Positions 44,222 through 53,835 of a DNA stretch of 64,000 nucleotides are shown here, piece after piece. How positions within the stretch are numbered: the stretch's first letter is position 1; every line of letters starts with the position of its first letter. A program made the translations under genes and the position numbers. The stretch covers positions 1,408,001-1,472,000 of the forward strand of contig CAWKHF010000012.1 of NCBI GenBank assembly GCA_963849325.1, in the 5' to 3' direction. The DNA comes from an uncultured Planctomycetota bacterium (GTDB taxonomy: Bacteria > Planctomycetota > Planctomycetia > Gemmatales > Gemmataceae). The notes under the pieces were generated by a model that saw only the letters and a program-made list of their open reading frames with translations, made no database searches and was not told where the DNA came from.

Positions 44222-47200
44222 TTAGTGTGCATCCGCGGTCGGCAGCTGCTCGATCCAGTCGCGTATCCCCTGGACGGCCTCGGCATCGACGACCGACGTC
44301 GCCAGCGGCGGCATGTGTCCGGCCCCGCGATGGCTGATGCGCCGCAACAGCACCGAACGCTCGGGATGTCCCGGCGCCACCAGGCGCGCATCGGAAAGTC
44401 CGAACGTATCGTGCAGCGGCTTGACATCGATGAGGCGCATTTTGTCCAGTTTGGTTGTGAACTCCAGTTCCATCTGGGCGTTGCCGCCGCCCGCCTCGAC
44501 GTGGCACTGGGCGCAGTTGGCGTGCAGGTACGAGCGGGCGCGCAGGCCGACGTCCTGCTTCGGGTCGTAGGGGTCTACCAGCCGGCGGTACTTCTCGGGC
44601 GGAAACGTCAACAGCGTGGACGGCACGGACTCGCGCTGCATGCGCGTCGCCGTCCGCGCGTCGAGGTGCGCGTTGATTTCCTTCTCGGTCATGCCCCTGC
44701 CCCGCGCCTCGTCGCGCAGGGCGTTCTTCGTCTCCTCCATCCAGTTGACGCGCAGGACGCCGAGGTGTTCCAGGACGCGCAGCTGATTATCGCGGACGCC
44801 GCCGTAATCGTGGATTTTGTTCATCTGTAATGATGTCAGACCGAGAACGAAGTTGGCGGCGCGGCTGTGGCAGACCATGCACTCGGTACGGCTGGGATAG
44901 TGCCACGTCTGTTTACGGACGCTGGCGGGATTGTCCGCCGTCGGCTTGACGCGGACGGCGAACTCGCGGTCGAGTCCCTTCGCTTCGACGAGGACGCCGT
45001 CGGTCTGCTCGTCGTTCCACTGATAGGAATAGCCGAACCACTCGCCCTGCTGGTTGGTCAAAAAGCGCGTCTCGATCCAGCGGCGCGAGGCCGGGTTGCC
45101 TTCCTCCATCTCCAGGGCGAACGATTTGACGAGCACCGTCCTGTCCGGGAAGGTCCAGCCGCGATGGGTGGTGAAGCCGATGCTCGTGTCGGCGTCCGGC
45201 AAGGCGATCCAGCGCTCCTTGTAGGCGCCGTCCGACCACAAGGGCGCATTGACGGAGTAGGGAATCAGGGCCGGTTCCAGGACGTGGCCGCGCGTCGAGC
45301 GGAACAGGCCGCTGGCGCTCAGCGTGCGCGGGAACGTCGAGGGCGGCAGGTCTTTCGGCGTCGCTTCGAGGGTGTAGAGTCCGCCCTTGCCCTGGCCGCG
45401 ATGATCGGCGATCAGGATTTCGCCGTGCGAATCCACGCCGAAACCCGTGATTTGCAGGCGCGTGTCGGCCAGCTCCTTGTGCCAGGTGACGCGCGTGCCG
45501 TCGTGGCGGACGCCCCAGATCTTGCCCGTCGAGTAATCGCCGTAGAGGTAGGCGCCCCGCAATTGGGGGTGTTTCGTCCCGTAGTAGACGATGCCGCCGG
45601 TGAGCGAACGCGCCTCCGAGTGCGGATGCTCGATGGCCGGCTTGCTGAGCGGCGCCGGTCCCGCCTTGCGGTTGGGGTAGAACGGATGACTACCCTCCAT
45701 GACGCTCCAGCCGTAATTGGCGCCTTTGCGGATGAGATATGCCTGCTCCCATAGATCCTGGCCGTTGTTGCCAACCCAGATGTGGCCGGTCTTCGCATCG
45801 ACCGTCATCCGCCACGGGTTGCGCAAGCCGTAAGCCCACGTCTCCGGCCGAACGTCCTTCTGTCCGACAAACGGGTTGTCCTTCGGCACCGAGTACGCCG
45901 CGCCCTTGACGGGATGGTCCACGTCGAGGCGCAGCACCTTGGCCGTCAGCTTGCTGAGGTCCTGGCCGACGATGTGCGTGTCCGAATCGGACGTGCCGTC
46001 GCCGGAGGTAACGTAGAGCATGCCGTCGTGGCCGAACGCCAGGGCGCCGCCGTTGTGGCCGTCCGACGGCCATTCGAGGATGAGGGTCTCTGACTTCGGG
46101 TCGAGCCGATACGGCGGCTGGCGGTCCATCGTGTAGCGAAGAACGCGCGTCTTCTTCGCCGCCGACGGGGCCGACGAAGGGCCGTTCATGCCGACGTAGA
46201 CATATCCATTTTCCTTGAAATAGGGATGAAACTGGATGTCGTAGGCGACGCCGTCGTATTCGAGCAGCTTCTCGGCTTTCTCCGTATTCGGATCGTCCGG
46301 GATGCGCAAGATAGTGGTCGGGGCGTAGGGCCGGGACTGTGTGATGAGCAGGAGGAGATTGCTGTCCGGCTGGTGGGCGACGGCGACGGGGAACGAGAGC
46401 TTCAGCTTCGGATAGACGCACCGGGCGCGGTAGGGCGGCGGCGGTTCCGGTGAGCCGACAACGCGCGAGGTCGTCAGGGGTAGGCGCCGCTCGATGCCGT
46501 AGGGTCTGGCCGCTCCCTTCGTCGAGGGTCCGACGAAGCGCAGGGTAGCATAGTCCTCGTGATGGTGAAAATCGGGAAAGGGCCGCGACTTCAAGGGAGC
46601 ACAAGTGGACATCTCCGGTCCCTCGAAATCGACGGAGTAATCGTAGCGACAGAGGGCGAATTTCCAGCGCTCGTCGATGGCGGGTCGGCCGCCGGTGCGA
46701 AGGAAGTCGCGCCAGGGAATGCGGCCCTCGACCGACCAGCCCTGGTCCTTGTCCTGCCAGCGGTTCAGGGTGCCGCGCAGCCGCACCTTGGCGTCGAGAT
46801 GGAACTCGCCATCACGCTTGAAGCGCGCGTAGCCGCCGGCGCCGCGGCGCGGCAGGAACATATCCATGACGGTGCCGGCCGCGTTGACCTGGAATTCGTA
46901 GTAACCCGGCTTGTCCGCCGCCGGCTTGAAGAACAGCTCGAAGACGTCGTTGTCCCACGTCTGCCCATCGTGCTCCTTCACGTCGGCGTAAAGGTCGGCG
47001 TCCTCCATGTCGGCGAAGAAATAGAGATATTCACGATCCCAGAGGAGACGCGCCTTCGTCGCCGTGCGTGCCGGCCGTGCCTTCGCGCCCAGCCAGGGCA
47101 GGTAAAACGTGTCGATGACCTGCGCGTGCTTCCAGGCCGCCTCGTCGGCCTTGCCGTCGAGGGTGATAGGCGTATCGGCCCAGCGGCACTCAAATGCCTC

Positions 47201-47338
47201 CGACTGGGGGGAAGATTGGGGTACATCGGCCGACTCTCCGCGCTGCTCGCCGAGCCGAAGGAACGCGCAAGTTCCCAGGGCGAGCGGAAACAGCAACAAT
47301 CCGAGCACGATCCAGAAGAGACGGAAAGGCGTTGTCAT
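44222..47338 (-). CDS. PQQ-dependent glucose/sorbosone dehydrogenase-family protein with an N-terminal CBM9-like domain and a C-terminal dihaem cytochrome c
   Basis: 'ITLDGKADEAAW', 'HNGGALAFGHDGMLY', 'AYGLRNPWR', CMVCH and CAQCH. Confidence 0.85.
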   Translation of the reverse strand: MTTPFRLFWIVLGLLLFPLALGTCAFLRLGEQRGESADVPQSSPQSEAFECRWADTPITLDGKADEAAWKHAQVIDTFYLPWLGAKARPARTATKARLLWDREYLYFFADMEDADLYADVKEHDGQTWDNDVFELFFKPAADKPGYYEFQVNAAGTVMDMFLPRRGAGGYARFKRDGEFHLDAKVRLRGTLNRWQDKDQGWSVEGRIPWRDFLRTGGRPAIDERWKFALCRYDYSVDFEGPEMSTCAPLKSRPFPDFHHHEDYATLRFVGPSTKGAARPYGIERRLPLTTSRVVGSPEPPPPYRARCVYPKLKLSFPVAVAHQPDSNLLLLITQSRPYAPTTILRIPDDPNTEKAEKLLEYDGVAYDIQFHPYFKENGYVYVGMNGPSSAPSAAKKTRVLRYTMDRQPPYRLDPKSETLILEWPSDGHNGGALAFGHDGMLYVTSGDGTSDSDTHIVGQDLSKLTAKVLRLDVDHPVKGAAYSVPKDNPFVGQKDVRPETWAYGLRNPWRMTVDAKTGHIWVGNNGQDLWEQAYLIRKGANYGWSVMEGSHPFYPNRKAGPAPLSKPAIEHPHSEARSLTGGIVYYGTKHPQLRGAYLYGDYSTGKIWGVRHDGTRVTWHKELADTRLQITGFGVDSHGEILIADHRGQGKGGLYTLEATPKDLPPSTFPRTLSASGLFRSTRGHVLEPALIPYSVNAPLWSDGAYKERWIALPDADTSIGFTTHRGWTFPDRTVLVKSFALEMEEGNPASRRWIETRFLTNQQGEWFGYSYQWNDEQTDGVLVEAKGLDREFAVRVKPTADNPASVRKQTWHYPSRTECMVCHSRAANFVLGLTSLQMNKIHDYGGVRDNQLRVLEHLGVLRVNWMEETKNALRDEARGRGMTEKEINAHLDARTATRMQRESVPSTLLTFPPEKYRRLVDPYDPKQDVGLRARSYLHANCAQCHVEAGGGNAQMELEFTTKLDKMRLIDVKPLHDTFGLSDARLVAPGHPERSVLLRRISHRGAGHMPPLATSVVDAEAVQGIRDWIEQLPTADAH

Positions 47339-47571
47339 TTTCGTCACCTGCGGTTGCGGAGGGAAGCCAGATCGCGGCGCGACGGACCCCTTTTTACTTT
47401 TTACGACCGGAGCCATTTCCGCAAGCGCGAAAAAAGGCGAAATTCGCTCGGGGCTGCTCGCCGCTTGTTTTCGACCACCTCGGTCTGATAAAGTACTCGC
47501 GGGGCCTTCGGTACGGTGAAAGTCGGGGCATGATTTCCACCCCCGCGCATGCGCTCATTGAGGACGGAGAC

Positions 47572-47802
47572 ATGACGGCCGATAACTTCGATCGTGTTCT
47601 TAACAGTCTTATACAGCGGCAGCCCTTCACCGTGTTCACGGTGGAATTGCATGGGGGCCAGAAGTTTGAGGTGGACTATCCGAGGGCGATTGTCGTGCGC
47701 GATGGCGTGGCTGTCTTCCTCGCGCCCGGCGGTGTGCCGATCTGGTTCGACCACAACAGCGTCAATCAAATCATCGGCTTCGCGGCGAACAGCGAACCTT
47801 GA
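47572..47802 (+). CDS. Small hypothetical protein
   Basis: GGAG RBS. The 76-aa ORF has an 'RQPF..FTVEL..G...EVD.P' pattern seen in small planctomycete proteins. Confidence 0.65.
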   Translation: MTADNFDRVLNSLIQRQPFTVFTVELHGGQKFEVDYPRAIVVRDGVAVFLAPGGVPIWFDHNSVNQIIGFAANSEP

Positions 47803-47851
47803 TCGCTACGTTGGGTCGCCGCGGTAGACCGCTCCCGACTGGAGGAATCCG

Positions 47852-49066
47852 ATGGCGACATTTTGCGTCCCTACAATCGTAATGTCGATTCTGCTCGGGA
47901 GCACGGCGGCGAGCCTCCCGCCGCTTCCCGCACCGCTGACCATCGGCAGCCCCAGCCCCAAGCTGGCGTCGATGAAGTACGTGAAGGGCGACGCCATCAA
48001 GGCGCTATCGGCGGGAACCGTCTACGTGGTGGAGTTCTCGGGCACCCAGTGCGTGCCGTGCATCCGGTGTATTCCGCATCTGAATGCGTTGCAAAAGAAA
48101 CACACGGACGTGGTATTCCTCAGCATCTACTGCGAGTACGAGAAGGCGGTTCGCGGCTTTCTGACGGGCAAGGGCAAGGACATCGCCATCCGCGTGGCCG
48201 TCGATCCGGGCCGCCGAATGTGGCGAGACTGGGCCGAGCCGGCATGTCAAGACGGAATCCCTTGCGCTTTCATCGTCGGCAAGGAGGGAAGGATCGCGTG
48301 GATCGGCGATCCCGTGGACCTCGACGATCCGCTGGCCCGAATTGTCGCGGACACGTTCGACCCTCAGGAGTACGTCTTGCGACTGAAGGTGGAGCAGGAG
48401 GCTTTCCTTCGACTTCGGCGGGCGCGAGAGCGCGAAGAAAAAGGCAGCAAGGAGTGCGAACGGATCAACGACATGGCCATCGCCGGAAAACTCGCCGACG
48501 CCCTGGCCGACACCGACAAGGCGCTCGCCGCCTACCGCGACTGCCCCGAGGCGACAGAGCGGTTACGCCGGATGCGCTTCTACCTGTTGGCCAACTTGCC
48601 GGGGAAGCGAGAGGAGGCGTTCCAACTGGCGACGGAACTGGCCGTGGAGGCGAAGATGAGCGGGCAAGATCGGGTAATGCTCAACACGGCCAAGTCGCTG
48701 CTGGCCGCGGCCGAGGATGCCAAACCCGAAGTCCGCGACACACGGCTTATCGACCTCGCGCTGCCGTTGCTTGGTGAGGCAACGCCTTTCGACCCCGAGT
48801 GGCGGGGCAGGAACGAGAACGACCGTCGAGACTACCGCATTCTGACCCTACGTTTCCAGGGGCGGGCGTATCACTTGCGAGGGGACGCCGCTCGCGCGAC
48901 GAATTCGATTCGGGATGCGATGGTGATGATCCGCGATCTGAAGCCGCCTCCCGGCGCGGACGCGAAGAAGTTCGCCACAGATACCAGGCGGCGATTGGAA
49001 TACTTCCAGACGATTCTGAAAAAGTATTCCGAAGAAGCGACCTCTTCCCCAAAGGAGCGACGTTGA
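47852..49066 (+). CDS. Secreted TlpA-like thioredoxin-fold protein with a helical/TPR-like C-terminus
   Basis: Signal peptide, 'YVVEFSGTQCVPC..CIPHL' and 'GIPCAFIVGKEGRIAWIG'. Confidence 0.78.
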   Translation: MATFCVPTIVMSILLGSTAASLPPLPAPLTIGSPSPKLASMKYVKGDAIKALSAGTVYVVEFSGTQCVPCIRCIPHLNALQKKHTDVVFLSIYCEYEKAVRGFLTGKGKDIAIRVAVDPGRRMWRDWAEPACQDGIPCAFIVGKEGRIAWIGDPVDLDDPLARIVADTFDPQEYVLRLKVEQEAFLRLRRAREREEKGSKECERINDMAIAGKLADALADTDKALAAYRDCPEATERLRRMRFYLLANLPGKREEAFQLATELAVEAKMSGQDRVMLNTAKSLLAAAEDAKPEVRDTRLIDLALPLLGEATPFDPEWRGRNENDRRDYRILTLRFQGRAYHLRGDAARATNSIRDAMVMIRDLKPPPGADAKKFATDTRRRLEYFQTILKKYSEEATSSPKERR

Positions 49067-49080
49067 CCGAAGCGGCGTCC

Positions 49081-49108
49081 TTGACACTCGCGGAGCGCGG
49101 TTTAGAAT
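49081..49108 (+). promoter_or_regulatory. Putative sigma70 promoter of argBDF
   Basis: TTGACA-N16-TAGAAT. Confidence 0.55.
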
Positions 49109-49172
49109 GGTTGTTTCCCCTGGCCCGCGTAGTTACCCCTGTTGACGACGGGGGATAGGTTGAGCGACCGCG

Positions 49173-50093
49173 ATGGACGATGCGATCCGCAAAGCGGAAG
49201 CCCTCATCGAAGCCCGCAGCTACATCCGGATGTTCCGCGATCGGCTGACGGTCATCAAGCTCGGCGGCAGCGCCATGGAAGACGCCGCCGCCCTGGAGGC
49301 GACGCTGCAAGACGTCATCTTCATGGAGACGGTCGGCTTGCGTCCCGTCCTCGTCCACGGCGGCGGCAAGCCCATCGACCGCGCCATGGCCCGCTCCGGC
49401 TTGCAGCCCCGCAAGATCCAGGGCCGGCGCTACACCGACGCGGCCACGCTCGACATCGTTGTCAGCGTCCTCTTGCACGAGATCAACGAGGGCATCGTCC
49501 GGCACATCCGCCGGCTGGGCGGCCGGGCCGTCGGTCTGCACTCCGGCTCGCTCCAGAGCCTGTTCGGCGAGCGCCTGCACCTGCCGGGGACGGACGGCCG
49601 GATCGTCGATCTCGGCTTCGTCGGCACCGTGACGCGCGTGGATGGTTCGCTCATCGAATCGTTCACCGCCGGCGGCGTCGTTCCGGTCATTCCCTCCGTC
49701 GCCATGGACACGACGGAGGACCGGCCGGACGGTTGGCTCAACGTCAACGCCGACACGGCTGCCGCCGCCGTCGCCGCCCACCTCGGCGCCGAGAAGCTCG
49801 TCTTCCTCACCGATACGCCGGGCATCCTGCTGGATCGCAGCCGTCCCGATTCGCTCCTGCCCAGCCTCGACGCGAGCCGCTGCCGCGACCTGATCCAGCG
49901 CCGCGTCATCGACGAAGGCATGATCCCCAAGGTGGAGGCGTGTTTGGACAGCCTGCGCGCCGGCGTCCGCAAGACGCACGTGATTGACGGCCGACTCCGC
50001 CATTCCTTGCTGCTGGAGATTTACACCGACCGCGGCGTCGGGACCGAAATTACCCTGGAAACTATCTCAAAACCTGGCGAGCGGGGGGCGTAA
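49173..50093 (+). CDS. argB: Acetylglutamate kinase
   Basis: 'VIKLGGS', 'VHGGGK', 'NVNAD' and 'GMIPK'. Confidence 0.96.
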   Translation: MDDAIRKAEALIEARSYIRMFRDRLTVIKLGGSAMEDAAALEATLQDVIFMETVGLRPVLVHGGGKPIDRAMARSGLQPRKIQGRRYTDAATLDIVVSVLLHEINEGIVRHIRRLGGRAVGLHSGSLQSLFGERLHLPGTDGRIVDLGFVGTVTRVDGSLIESFTAGGVVPVIPSVAMDTTEDRPDGWLNVNADTAAAAVAAHLGAEKLVFLTDTPGILLDRSRPDSLLPSLDASRCRDLIQRRVIDEGMIPKVEACLDSLRAGVRKTHVIDGRLRHSLLLEIYTDRGVGTEITLETISKPGERGA

Positions 50094-50140
50094 GCCCCCT
50101 GTTCCGAAGCAACAGGGGGCTTACGCCCCCCGCTCGCCAG
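50074..50140. repeat. REP-like palindrome (30-bp arms) spanning the argB stop
   Basis: CTGGCGAGCGGGGGGCGTAAGCCCCCTGTT, a 7-nt loop, then its reverse complement. Confidence 0.9.
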
Positions 50141-50154
50141 TCGGGATATTTGCG

Positions 50155-51345
50155 ATGAAGCAAGCGACCCTCGAACAGTTCCAGCGTTATGTCATCGGCA
50201 ATTACACGCGCTACCCCGTGTGCCTGGTGCGCGGCGAGGGATCGTCGGTATGGGACGATGAGGGGAATCGCTATCTCGACTTCTTTCCCGGCTGGGGCTG
50301 CGACCTGCTCGGCCACTGTCCGCCGCGCGTCGTCGAGGCGGTGCGCCAGCAGGTGGGGCAACTCATCCACGTGCCCAATACCTGGTACACCGAAGCGCAG
50401 GGTCGGCTCGCCGAGGCGCTGAGCGAACGGACGGGCTGGGGCGGACAGTGCTTTTTTTGCAACAGCGGCACCGAGGCGATCGAGGCGGCCATCAAGATCG
50501 CCCGCTTGAACGGCAAGCCGGGCCGGTACAAGATCCTCAGCATGTTCAACAGCTTCCACGGCCGTACCCTGGGGGCGCTGAGCGCGACGGGTCAGCCCAA
50601 GTACCATCAGGGATTGGAACCGCTGCTGGCCGGCTTCACTTACGCCCCGTTCGGCGACCTCGACGCCGCCGCCCGACTGATCGACAGCGAGACCTGTGCC
50701 ATCCTCCTCGAACCGATCCAGGGTGAGGGCGGCATCAACCTGCCGCCGCCCGGCTATCTACAAGGACTGCGCGAGTTGTGCGATCGCCATCGCCTGCTGT
50801 TGATCTTCGATGAAGTGCAGGCCGGCATGGGGCGAACCGGCCGCTGGTTCGCCCATCAGCACTGGGACGTACAGCCCGACGTGATGACGCTGGCGAAGGC
50901 GCTGGCCGGCGGCGTCGCGGCCGGAGGACTCCTTGCGCACCCGGAGGCCGCCGAGAAACTTCGTCCCGGCACCCACGCCGCCACGTTCGGCGGCAATCCG
51001 CTCGCCTGCGTCGCCGCCCTGGCCACTATTGAGACCATCGAATCCGACGGCCTGCTCCATCGCGCCGAGGAGTTGGGCGACTATTTCCAGCAGCGCTTCG
51101 AGGCGCTGCGTCCGCGCTGTCCGCTCATCCAGGAGGTGCGCGTCAAGGGCGCGATGATCGGCATCGAACTGACCGTGGATGGCGCCCCCGTGGTCAAGGC
51201 GTGCCTGGAGCGCCGGCTGCTCATCAACTGCACGCACACCACGGTCCTGCGTCTGCTGCCGGCCCTCACCCTGACGGACGCGGAGCGCGACCAGGGCTGT
51301 GATATTCTGGAAGAGGTCCTGTTGAACGCCAAAGACAAGAACTAA
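50155..51345 (+). CDS. argD: Acetylornithine aminotransferase
   Basis: 'NSGTEA', 'FHGRT', 'EPIQGEGG', 'DEVQ', 'AKALAGG' and 'TFGGNP'. Lies between argB and argF. Confidence 0.93.
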   Translation: MKQATLEQFQRYVIGNYTRYPVCLVRGEGSSVWDDEGNRYLDFFPGWGCDLLGHCPPRVVEAVRQQVGQLIHVPNTWYTEAQGRLAEALSERTGWGGQCFFCNSGTEAIEAAIKIARLNGKPGRYKILSMFNSFHGRTLGALSATGQPKYHQGLEPLLAGFTYAPFGDLDAAARLIDSETCAILLEPIQGEGGINLPPPGYLQGLRELCDRHRLLLIFDEVQAGMGRTGRWFAHQHWDVQPDVMTLAKALAGGVAAGGLLAHPEAAEKLRPGTHAATFGGNPLACVAALATIETIESDGLLHRAEELGDYFQQRFEALRPRCPLIQEVRVKGAMIGIELTVDGAPVVKACLERRLLINCTHTTVLRLLPALTLTDAERDQGCDILEEVLLNAKDKN

Positions 51346-51370
51346 GAGGCCGTCCCACAAAAAGTTCCCT

Positions 51371-51424
51371 GTTTAGCCGCGACGCGCAGCGGAGCGCGCG
51401 CTCCGCTGCGCGTCGCGGCTAAAC
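51371..51424. repeat. Palindrome family A, copy 7 (loopless 54-bp perfect palindrome)
   Basis: The two arms share the central CG. Confidence 0.95.
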
Positions 51425-51451
51425 GAAATTACTTTCCCCGAGATGCTTGCC

Positions 51452-52365
51452 ATGCGGCACTTTTTAAGCTTGATCGATCTGCCGGCCGACGAACTGACGC
51501 ACCTGCTGGAGGAGGCGGCTCGTTTGAAAGCCGACACCCTGCGCGGCGTTCGGCCTCCGCTGTTAGCCGGGCGCGTGCTCGGCATGATCTTCGAGAAACC
51601 TTCGCTGCGAACGCGCGCCTCCTTCGAGGCGGCGATGGCCCAGCTGGGCGGCTCGACCATTTTCCTCAGCGCCAGCGACGGCCCGATCGGCCAGCGCGAG
51701 AGCGTACCCGACTTCGCCCGCAGCCTGAGCCACTACGTCGATGCGGTGGTCCTGCGCACCTTCCAGCACGCCACCATCGAGGAGTTCGCCGCCCACTCCA
51801 ATGTTCCGGTCATCAACGGCCTGTCGGACTTCTGCCATCCCTGCCAGGTGCTGGGCGACTTGCTGACCATCCAGGAGCATTTTGAGGGCGGCATTCGCGG
51901 CAAGACATTGGTGTTTGTCGGCGACGGCAACAACGTGGCCCGCTCTCTCGCTCTCGGTTGCGGCAAGCTCGGGGCGCGTTTCATTCTCGCCGCCCCCGAG
52001 GGGTTCCGCTTCGACCCCGGCTTCGTGCAAACCTTCCATCGCGTCTGCAAAGACGGCGAGTTGATCCAGAACGGCGTGCCGACTCATGCCGTGGGCCAGG
52101 CGGACATCATCTACACGGACGTGTGGACCAGCATGGGGCAGGAAGCGGAGAGCGAGCTGCGCCGCGCAAATTCGCCGACTTCCAGGTGAATGCCGACCTA
52201 CTCACCCAGGCGCCGCCGCAGGCGCGACTGATGCACTGCCTGCCCGCCCATCGCGGTGAGGAGATCACCAGCGATGTGCTCGACGGTCAACGCAGCATCG
52301 TCTTCGAGCAGGCCGGCAATCGCATGCACGCTCAGAAGGCCCTGCTCAAATGGCTGCTTCTCTAA
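51452..52365 (+). CDS. argF: Ornithine carbamoyltransferase (frameshift at ~52165)
   Basis: 'SLRTR', 'HPCQ', 'GDGNNV', 'DVWTSMGQE' and 'HCLP'. Confidence 0.96.
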
Positions 52366-52494
52366 GTTCGACTTTTGCACTTTTGCGTAAGTCCTTATTC
52401 CTCGGTCGAGGATTTGACGTAAGTCCTTATTCCTCGGTCGAGACATCGGCGAAAAATAAGGACTTACGTAAAAGTGCAAAAGTCGAACTTAGAG
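52360..52494. mobile_element. MITE-like element with 40-bp terminal inverted repeats
   Basis: 52360-52399 matches the reverse complement of 52455-52494 at 39/40 positions. Internal 25-bp direct repeat at 52386-52410 and 52418-52442. AT-rich relative to the host. Confidence 0.7.
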
Positions 52495-52641
52495 TCTGTC
52501 CCGGAAGCCCCTCTCCCCCTGTACTCCGGGGGGAGAGGGGTTGGGGTGAGGGGGTGTGCTTTCCGCCGGTTTCTCCCCCTCACCCCCAACCCCTCTCCCC
52601 CGAGTACGGGGGAGAGGGGGGCTTGGGGGACAGACTCTAAG
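52488..52641. mobile_element. Second MITE-like palindromic element
   Basis: 15-bp perfect ends CTTAGAGTCTGTCCC / GGGACAGACTCTAAG enclosing inverted CCCCTCACCCCCAACCCCTCTCCCCC-type motifs. Confidence 0.65.
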
Positions 52642-52648
52642 AACCGCA

Positions 52649-53280
52649 TCATTCCCGGTAGTGATCCAACCACCACAAGGCCGTGCTGGGGAACCACAGG
52701 AAGTCCGCCCCCTCGGCCCGCAGCGCTTCCAGGTGGTCGATAGCCGCGGCACTGTCGGCCGGGTGGTGCCCGGCATAGACGCCGTGCTCGTCCTGCGGGA
52801 AGTGCCCGGCCGCCGTCCGGCCCCTCGCACAGCTCACCCGACACTTTCTGCAGATGCACCCGAGGGCAGGCGAAATAGAGGTCATGCAGCGACAGGACGA
52901 CCGGCACGCGCAAGCGGTGGGCGATGCGGATGAACCGAGGCGACAGGCCCACCAGGTGGTTGAAGTGAACCACGTCGGGGTCTTCTTCGAGCATCGCCAT
53001 CAGGAACAGTTGCTCGAGTCGTTCCTGATGAAGTAGGAAGTGGTTCAGGTACCAGCGGTCCAACCCGGTCCCACCGCCGGCGAACCGGTACAGAGACGTC
53101 CCGTCGGGGAGACGCTCGCGGTGGGTCTCGGGTTCGGTCGGCTGACTCCCCCAGCGCCGCGTGACGACGCTGACCGTGTTGCCCGCCTTGACCAGGTCTG
53201 CGGCCAGCCGCTGCGTGTAACACTCGACGCCGCCGATGTCGTCCGGTGGGAAACGGTGGGAAACCAGCATGACGCGGCAT
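52649..53280 (-). pseudogene. GT4 glycosyltransferase remnant with a large internal deletion
   Basis: GT4 N-domain ('VSHRFPPDDIGGVE', 'PDVVHFNHL', 'SLHDLYFACPR') is joined abruptly to 'HFPQ..GVYAGHHPADS...WWLDHY'. The donor-binding domain is missing. Confidence 0.75.
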
Positions 53281-53281
53281 G

Positions 53282-53640
53282 TTAGACCTCCCACCCGTGG
53301 ACGGCCTCGGTCTTCGCGCCGGCCTTGATCTGTTCGGTTAACGAGAGGAGCGTATCGGTATCGCCGCTCGTCGAGTCCCGGTTGACCCCGATCCAGTGGC
53401 CCATGATTTGCGCCGTCCGCCGCAACACCGAGAGGAAACGCCAGTGCTCCAATTCACGGCCGCCGAGCCGGCATTCCTGCTCCAAATAGTGCCCGTCGTG
53501 GCGCACCTGCCCGACAATATGCCCCAAGACATGGCCCTCCTCCAGCTGCCCGCCCACGATCTTGCGCAAGGCGCTGCAGCGGTCCAGGCTGGGGCGGGAA
53601 AGTGGCCTTCTCGATGTTGCTGAGTGCCGGGTTCCTTCTC
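53282..53640 (-). pseudogene. Probable 3' gene fragment upstream of the GT4 remnant
   Basis: Coding-like frame ending just before the GT4 start (GGAGGT RBS overlap). No proper start was found and the family was not recognised. Confidence 0.35.
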
Positions 53641-53835
53641 ACCCTCTTTACCGGTTGGTTCTTGGCGAGGAACTGTCGGTCCCAGAAGGAGGAAGGATGA
53701 ACAAGAATGGGCTTGATTCATCGGGTGAGTGCAAGCACTTGGAAGTCACCCCCTCAGGCCAGGGTTGTTGAAGTCTCTCGTCCGATGTGAATGCCGACCA
53801 AGAAGGGGTCCTCCCGCAGGAATGCGGGCGCCACT

